DNA of 64,000 nt from Eledone cirrhosa. Lineage: Eukaryota. The position numbers were made by a program, and so were the translations under genes. The stretch is from the NCBI GenBank assembly GCA_964016885.1, contig OZ024757.1:3906001-3970000 (forward strand). Reading direction: 5' to 3'. The notes below the pieces were generated by a model, which saw only the letters and a program-made list of their open reading frames with translations, did not search any database and was not told the DNA's origin. Every line of letters begins with the position of its first letter. Within the stretch, counting starts at the first letter, position 1. Of the stretch, positions 56,101 to 64,000 are shown in pieces.

Positions 56101-59100
56101 CTGTTAATCTAACGTAATATATTCTGTTAATCTAACGTATATATTCTGTTAATCTAACGTAATATATTCTGGTAATCTAACGTAATATATTCTAGTAATC
56201 TAATGGAATATATTCTGGTAATCTAACGTAATATATTCTGTTAATCAAACGGAATATATTCTGTTAATCTAACGTGATATATTCTGCTAATCTAACGTAA
56301 TATATTCTGTTAATCTAACGTAATATATTCTGCTACTCTAACGTAATATATTCTGTTAATCTAACGTAATATATTCTGGTAATCTTACGTAATATATTCT
56401 GTTAATCTAACGTATATAATCTATTAATCTAACGTAATATATTCTGGTAATCTAACGTAATATATTCTGTTAATCTAATGGAATACATTCTGTTAATCTA
56501 ACGTAATATATTCTAGTAATCTAATGGAATATATTCTGTTAATCTAACGGAATATATCCTGTTAATCTAACGTAATATATTCTGTTAATCTAACGTAATA
56601 TATTCTGTTAATCTAACGTAATATATTCTGCTAATCTAACGTAAAATATTCTGTTAATCTAACGTAATATATTCAATAATCTAATGGAATATATTCTAGT
56701 AATCTAATGGAATATATTCTAGTAATCTAATGGAATATATTCTGTTAATCTAACGGAATATTTTCTGTTAATCTAACGTAATAAATTCTGCTAATCTAAC
56801 GTAATATATTCTGTTAATCTAACGTAATATATATTCCGTTAATCTAATGGAATATATTCTGTTCATCTAATGGAATATATTCTGTTAATCTAACGTAATA
56901 TGTTCTGTTAATCTAACGTATATAATCTATTAATCTAACGTAATATATTCTGGTAATCTAACGTAATATATTCTGTTAATCTAACGGAATACATTCTGTT
57001 AATCTAACGTAATATATTCTAGTAATCTAATGGAATATATTCTGTTAATCTAACGGAATATATCCTGTTAATCTAACGTAATATATTCTGTTAATCTAAC
57101 GTAATATATTCTGTTAATCTAACGTAATATATTCTGCTAATCTAACGTAAAATATTCTGTTAATCTAACGTAATATATTCAATAATCTAATGGAATATAT
57201 TCAAGTAATCTAATGGAATATATTCTAGTAATCTAATGGAATATATTCTGGTAATCTAACGGAATATATTCTAGTAATCTAATGGAATATATTCTTGTAA
57301 TCTAACGGAATATATTCTGTTAATCTAACGGAATATATTTATGTTAATCTAATGGAATATATTCTGTTAATCTAATGTAATATATTATGTTAATCTAATG
57401 GAATATATTCTGTTAATCTAACGGAATATTTTCTGTTAATCTAACGTAATAAATTCTGCTAATCTAACGTAATATATTCTGTTAATCTAACGTAATATAT
57501 TCTGTTAATCTAATGGAATATATTCTGTTCATCTAATGGAATATATTCTGTTAATCTAACGTAATATGTTCTGTTAATCTAACGTATATAATCTATTAAT
57601 CTAACGTAATATATTCTGGTAATCTAACGTAATATATTCTGTTAATCTAACGGAATACAATCTGTTAATCTAACGTAATATATTCTAGTAATCTAATGGA
57701 ATATATCCTGTTAATCTAACGGAATATATCCTGTTAATCTAACGTAATATATTCTGTTAATCTAACGTAATATATTCTGTTAATCTAAAGGAATACATTA
57801 TGTTAATCGAATGGAATATATTATGTTAATCTAATGTAATATATTATGTTAATCTAATGGAATATATTCTGTTAATCTAACGGAATATATCCTGTTAATC
57901 TTACGTAATATATTCTGTTAATCTAACGTAATATATTCTGCTAATCTAACGTAATATATTCTGTTAATCTAACGTAATATATTCTGCTAATCTAACGTAA
58001 TATATTCTGTTAATCTAACGTAATATATTCTGGTAATATTACGTAATATAATCTGTTAATCTAACGTAATATATTCTGTTAATCTAACGTAATGTATTCT
58101 GGTAATCTAACGTAATATGTTCTGGTAATCTAACGTAATATTTTCTGTTAATCTAACCTAATATATCCTGGTAATCTAACGTAATATAATCTGTTTATCT
58201 AACGGAATATATTCTGTTAATCTAACGGAATAAATTCTGCTAATCTAACGTAATATATTCTGTTAATCTAACGTAATATATTCTGTTAATCTAACGTAAT
58301 ATATTCTGCTACTCTAACGTAATATATTCTGTTAATCTAACGTAATATATTCTGGTAATCTTACGTAATATATTCTGTTAATCTAACGTAATATATTCTG
58401 TTAATCTAAACTAATGTATTCTGGTAATCTAACGTAATATATTCTGGTAATTTAACGTAATATTTTCTGTTAATCTAACCTAATATATTCTGGTAATCTA
58501 ACGTAAAAAAATCTGGTATTCTAACGTAATATATTCTGCTAATCTAACGTAATATATTCTGATAATCTAACGTAAAATATTCTGTTAATCTAACGTAATA
58601 TATTCAAAAATCTAATGGAATATATTCTAGTAATCTAATGGAATATATTCTAGTAATCTAATGGAATATATTCTGGTAATCTAACCGAATAAATTCTAGT
58701 AATCTAATGGAATATATTCTTGTAATCTAACGGAATATATTCTGTTAATCTAACGGAATACATTATGTTAATCTAATGGAATATATTCTGTTAATCTAAT
58801 GTAATATATTATGTTAATCTAATGGAATATATTCTGTTAATCTAACGGAATATTTTCTGTTAATCTAACGTAATAAATTCTGCTAATCTAACGTAATATA
58901 TTCTGTTAATCTAACGTAATATATTCCGTTAATCTAATGGAATATATTCTGTTCATCTAATGGAATATATTCTGTTCATCTAACGTAATATGATCTGTTA
59001 ATCCAACGTATATAATCTATTAATCTAACGTAATATATTCTGGTAATCTAACGTAATATATTCTGTTAATCTAACGGAATACATTCTGTTAATCTAACGT

Positions 59101-62100
59101 AATATATTCTAGTAATCTAATGGAATATATTCTGTTAATCTAACGGAATATATCCTGTTAATCTAACGTAGTATATTCTGTTAATCTAACGTAATATATT
59201 CTGTAAATCTAACGTAATATATTCTGCTAATCTAACGTAAAATATTCTGTTAATCTAACGTAATATATTCAATAATCTAATGGAATATATTCTAGTAATC
59301 TAATGGAATATATTCTAGTAATCTAATGGAATATATTCTGGTAATCTAACGGAATATATTCTAGTAATCTAATGGCATATATTCTTGTAATCTAACGGAA
59401 TATATTCTGTTAATCTAACGGAATATATTTATGTTAATCTAATGGAATATATTCTGTTAATCTAATGTAATATATTATGTTAATCTAATGGAATATATTC
59501 TGTTAATCTAACGGAATATTTCCTGTTAATCTAACGTAATAAATTCTGCTAATCTAACGTAATATATTCTGTTAATCTAACGTAATATATTCTGTTAATC
59601 TAATGGAATATATTCTGTTCATCTAATGGAATATATTCTGTTAATCTAACGTAATATGTTCTGTTAATCTAACGTATATAATCTATTAATCTAACGTAAT
59701 ATATTCTAGTAATCTAATGGAATATATTCTGTTAATCTAACGAAATATATCCTGTTAATCTAACGTAATATATTCTGTTAATCTAACGTAATATATTCTG
59801 TTAATCTAACGTAATATATTCCTGTAATCTTACGTAATATATTCTGTTAATCTAACGTAATATATTCTGTTAATCTAAAGGAATACATTATGTTAATCGA
59901 ATGGAATATATTATGTTAATCTAATGTAATATATTATGTTAATCTAATGGAATAAATTCTGTAATATAACGGAATATATTCTGTTAATCTAACGTAATAT
60001 ATTCTGCTAATCTAACGTAATATATTCTGTTAATCTAACGTAATATATTCTGCTAATCTAACGTAATATATTCTGTTAATCTAACGTAATATATTCTGGT
60101 AATCTTACGTAATATAATCTGTTAATCTAACGTAATATATTCTGTTAATCTAACGTAATATATTCTGGTAATCTAACGTAATATATTCTGGTAATCTAAC
60201 GTAATATTTTCTGTTAATGTAACCTAATATATCCTGGTAATCTAACGTAATATAATCTGTTTATCTAACGGAATATATTCTGTTAATCTAACGGAAAAAT
60301 TCTGCTAATCTAACGTAATATATTCTGTTAATCTAACGTAATATATTCTGCTCATCTAACGTAATATATTCTGCTAATCTAATGTAATATATTCTGTTAA
60401 TCTAACGTAATATATTCTAGTAATCTAATGGAATATATTCTAGTAATCTAATGTAATATATTCTAGTAATCTAATGGAATATATTCTGGTAATCTAACGG
60501 AATATATTCTAGTAATCTAATGGAATATATTCTTGTAATCTAACGGAATATATTCTGTTAATCTAACGGAATATATTTATGTTAATCTAATGGAATATAT
60601 TCTGTTAATCTAATGTAATATATTATGTTAATCTAATGGAATATATTCTGTTAATCTAACGCAATATTTTCTGTTAATCTAACGTAATAAATTCTGCTAA
60701 TCTAACGTAATATATTCTGTTAATCTAACGTAATATATTCTGTTAATCTAATGGAATATATTCTGTTCATCTAATGGAATATATTCTGTTAATCTAACGT
60801 AATATGTTCTGTTAATCTAACGTATATAATCTATTAATCTAACGTAATATATTCTGGTAATCTAACGTAATATATTCTGTTAATCTAACGGAATACATTC
60901 TGTTAATCTAACGTAATATATTCTAGTAATCTAATGGAATATATTCTGTTAATCTAACGGAATATATCCTGTTAATCTAACGTAATATATTCTGTTAATC
61001 TAACGTAATATATTCCTGTAATCTTACGTAATATATTCTGTTAATCTAACGTAATATATTCTGTTAATCTAAAGGAATACATTATGTTAATCGAATGGAA
61101 TATATTATGTTATTCTAATGTAATATATTATGTTAATCTAATGGAATAAATTCTGTAATATAACGGAATATATTCTGTTAATCTAACGTAATATATTCTG
61201 CTAATCTAACGTAATATATTCTGTTAATCTAACGTAATATATTCTGCTAATCTAACGTAATATATTCTGTTAATCTAACGTATTATATTCTGGTAATCTT
61301 ACGTATTATAATCTGTTAATCTAACGTAATATATCCTGGTAATCTAACGTAATATAATCTGTTTATCTAACGGAATATATTCTGTTAATCTAACGGAATA
61401 AATTCTGCTAATCTAACGTAATATATTCTGTTAATCTAACGTAATATATTCTGCTCATCTAACGTAATATATTCTGCTAATCTAATGTAATATATTCTGT
61501 TAATCTAACGTAATATATTCTAGTAATCTAATGGAATATATTCTAGTAATCTAATGTAATATATTCTAGTAATCTAATGGAATATATTCTGGTAATCTAA
61601 CGGAATATATTCTAGTAATCTAATGGTATATATTCTGCTAATCTAACGTAATATATGCTGTTAATCTAACGTAATATATTCTAGTAGTCTAAAGGAATAT
61701 ATCCTGTTAATCTAATGGAATATATTCTAGTAATCTAATGGAATATATTCTGGTAATCTAACGGAATAAATTCTAGTAATCTAATCGAATTTATTCTTGT
61801 AATCTAACGGAATATATTCTGTTAATCTAACGGAATACATTATGTTAATCTAATGGAAAATATTCAGTTAATCTAATGTAATAAATTATATTAATCTAAT
61901 GGAATATATTCTGTTAATCTAACGGAATATTTTCTATTAATCTAACGTAATAAATTCTGCTAATCTAACGTAATATATTCTGTTAATCTAACGTAATATA
62001 TTCTGTTAATCTAATGGAATATATTCTGTTCATCTAACGGAATACATTCTGCTAATCTATCGTAATATAGTCTGTTAATCTAACGTATATATTCTGTTAA

Positions 62101-64000
62101 TCTAACGTAATATATTCTGGTAATCTAACGTAATATATTCTAGTAATCTAATGAAATATATTCTCGTAATCTAACGTAATATATTCTGTTAATCAAACGG
62201 AATACATTCTGTTATACTAACGGAATACATTCTGCTAATCTAACGTAATATATTCTGTTAATCTAACGTAATATATTCTGTTAATGTAACGTAATATAAT
62301 CTGCTAATGTAACGTAATATATTCATTTAATCTAACGTAATATATTCTGTTAATCTAACCTAATGTATTCTGGTAATTTAACGTAATATTTTCTGTTAAT
62401 CTAACCTAATATATTCTGGTAATCTAACGTAAAAAAATCTGGTATTCTAACGTAATATATTCTGCTAATCTAACGTAATATATTCTGCTAATCTAACGTA
62501 ACATATTCTGTTAATCTAACGTAATATATTCAATAATCTAATGCAATATATTCTAGTAATCTAATGGAATATATTCTGGTAATCTAACGGAATAAATTAT
62601 AGTAATCTAATGGAATATATTCTTGTAATCTAACGGAATATATTCTGCTAATCTAACGGAATACATTATGTTAATCTAATGGAATATATTCTGTTAATCT
62701 AATGTAATATATTATGTTAATCTAATGGAATATATTCTGTTAATCTAACGGAATATTTTCTGTTAATCTAACGTAATAAATTCTGCTAATCTAACGTAAT
62801 ATATTCTGTTAATCTAACGTAATATATTCTGTTAATCTAATGGAATATATTCTGTTAATCTAACGTAATATATTCTGTTCATCTAATGGAATATATTCTG
62901 TTAATCTAACGTAATATATTCTGTTAATGTAACGTAATATATTCTGCTAATGTAACGTAATATATTCTGTTAATCTAACGTAATAAATTTTGGTAATCTT
63001 ACGTAATATTATCTGTTAATCTAACGGAATACATTATGTTAATCTAATGGAATATATTCTGTTAATATAACGGAATATATTCTGTTAATCTAACGTAATA
63101 TATTCTGCTAATCTAACGTAATATATTCTGTTAATCTAACGTAATATATTCTGTTAATCTAACGTAATATATTCTGTTAATCTAACGTAATATATTCTGT
63201 TAATCTAACGTAATACATTGTAGTAATCTAACGTAATATATTCGGCTAATCTAACGTAATATATTTTGTTAATCTAACGTAAAATATTCTGTTAATCTAA
63301 CGTAATATATTCTGCTAATCTAACGTAATATATTCTGTTAATCTAACGTAATATATTCTGGTAATCTTACGTAATATATTCTGTTAATCTAACGTAATAT
63401 ATTCTAGTAATCTAATGGAATATATTCTGGTAGTCTAACGGAATATATTCTAGTAATCTAATGGAATATATTCTTGTAATCTAACGGAATATATTCTGTT
63501 AATCTAACGGAATACATTATGTTAATCTAATGGAATATATTCTGTTAATCTAATGTAATATATTATGTTAATCTAATGGAATATATTCTGTTAATCTAAA
63601 GGAATATTTTCTGTTAATCTAACGTAATAAATTCTGCTAATCTAACGTAATATATTCTGTTAATCTAACGTAATATATTCTGTTAATCTAATGGAATATA
63701 TTCTGTTCATCTAATGGAATATATTCTGTTAATCTAATGTAATATGTTCTGTTAATCTAACATATATAATCTGTTAAACTAACGTAATATATTCTGGTAA
63801 TCTAACGTAATATATTCTGTTAATCTAACGGAATACATTCTGTTTATCTAACGTAATATATTCTAGTAATCTAATGGAATATATTTTGTTAATCTAACGG
63901 AATATATCCTGTTAATATAACGTAATACATTCTGTTAATCTAACGTAATATATTCTGGTAATCTTACGTAATATATTCTGTTAATCTAACGTAATATATT
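53161..64000. repeat. 23-bp AT-rich satellite, consensus AATCTAACGTAATATATTCTGTT; runs off the right edge
   Basis: Continuous tandem repeat with variants AACGG/AATGG and CTGCT/CTGGT/CTAGT. Confidence 0.97.

Overview
Repeat-rich animal genomic DNA, most likely octopus or another cephalopod (inferred from the tRNA-derived SINE type, dense (TA)n/(CA)n tracts and the mix of LINEs). A ~33-kb island lies between two large satellites: a 29-bp satellite (1-19900) and a 23-bp quasi-palindromic satellite (53161-64000). The only host-gene sequence is the first coding exon of a group I-like metabotropic glutamate receptor (minus strand, 38554-39226). The island also holds fragments of CR1/L2, RTE, Tx1 and R4-like LINEs, a Penelope-like (Naiad-type GIY-YIG) remnant, SINEs, nested MITEs and several inverted repeats. 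The main finding is a nearly homogeneous array of ~8.9 copies of a 463-bp unit (25790-29915). Each unit carries an intact minimal type I hammerhead ribozyme with a palindromic stem III, i.e. a retrozyme/Penelope pseudo-LTR-like system. A diverged relative at 22.4-23.1 kb shows compensatory base changes, and two inversion breakpoints fall at the predicted cleavage site. Second, the 29-bp satellite appears to be an amplified A-box head of the local tRNA-derived SINE. All calls were made by eye; no searches or folding programs were run.
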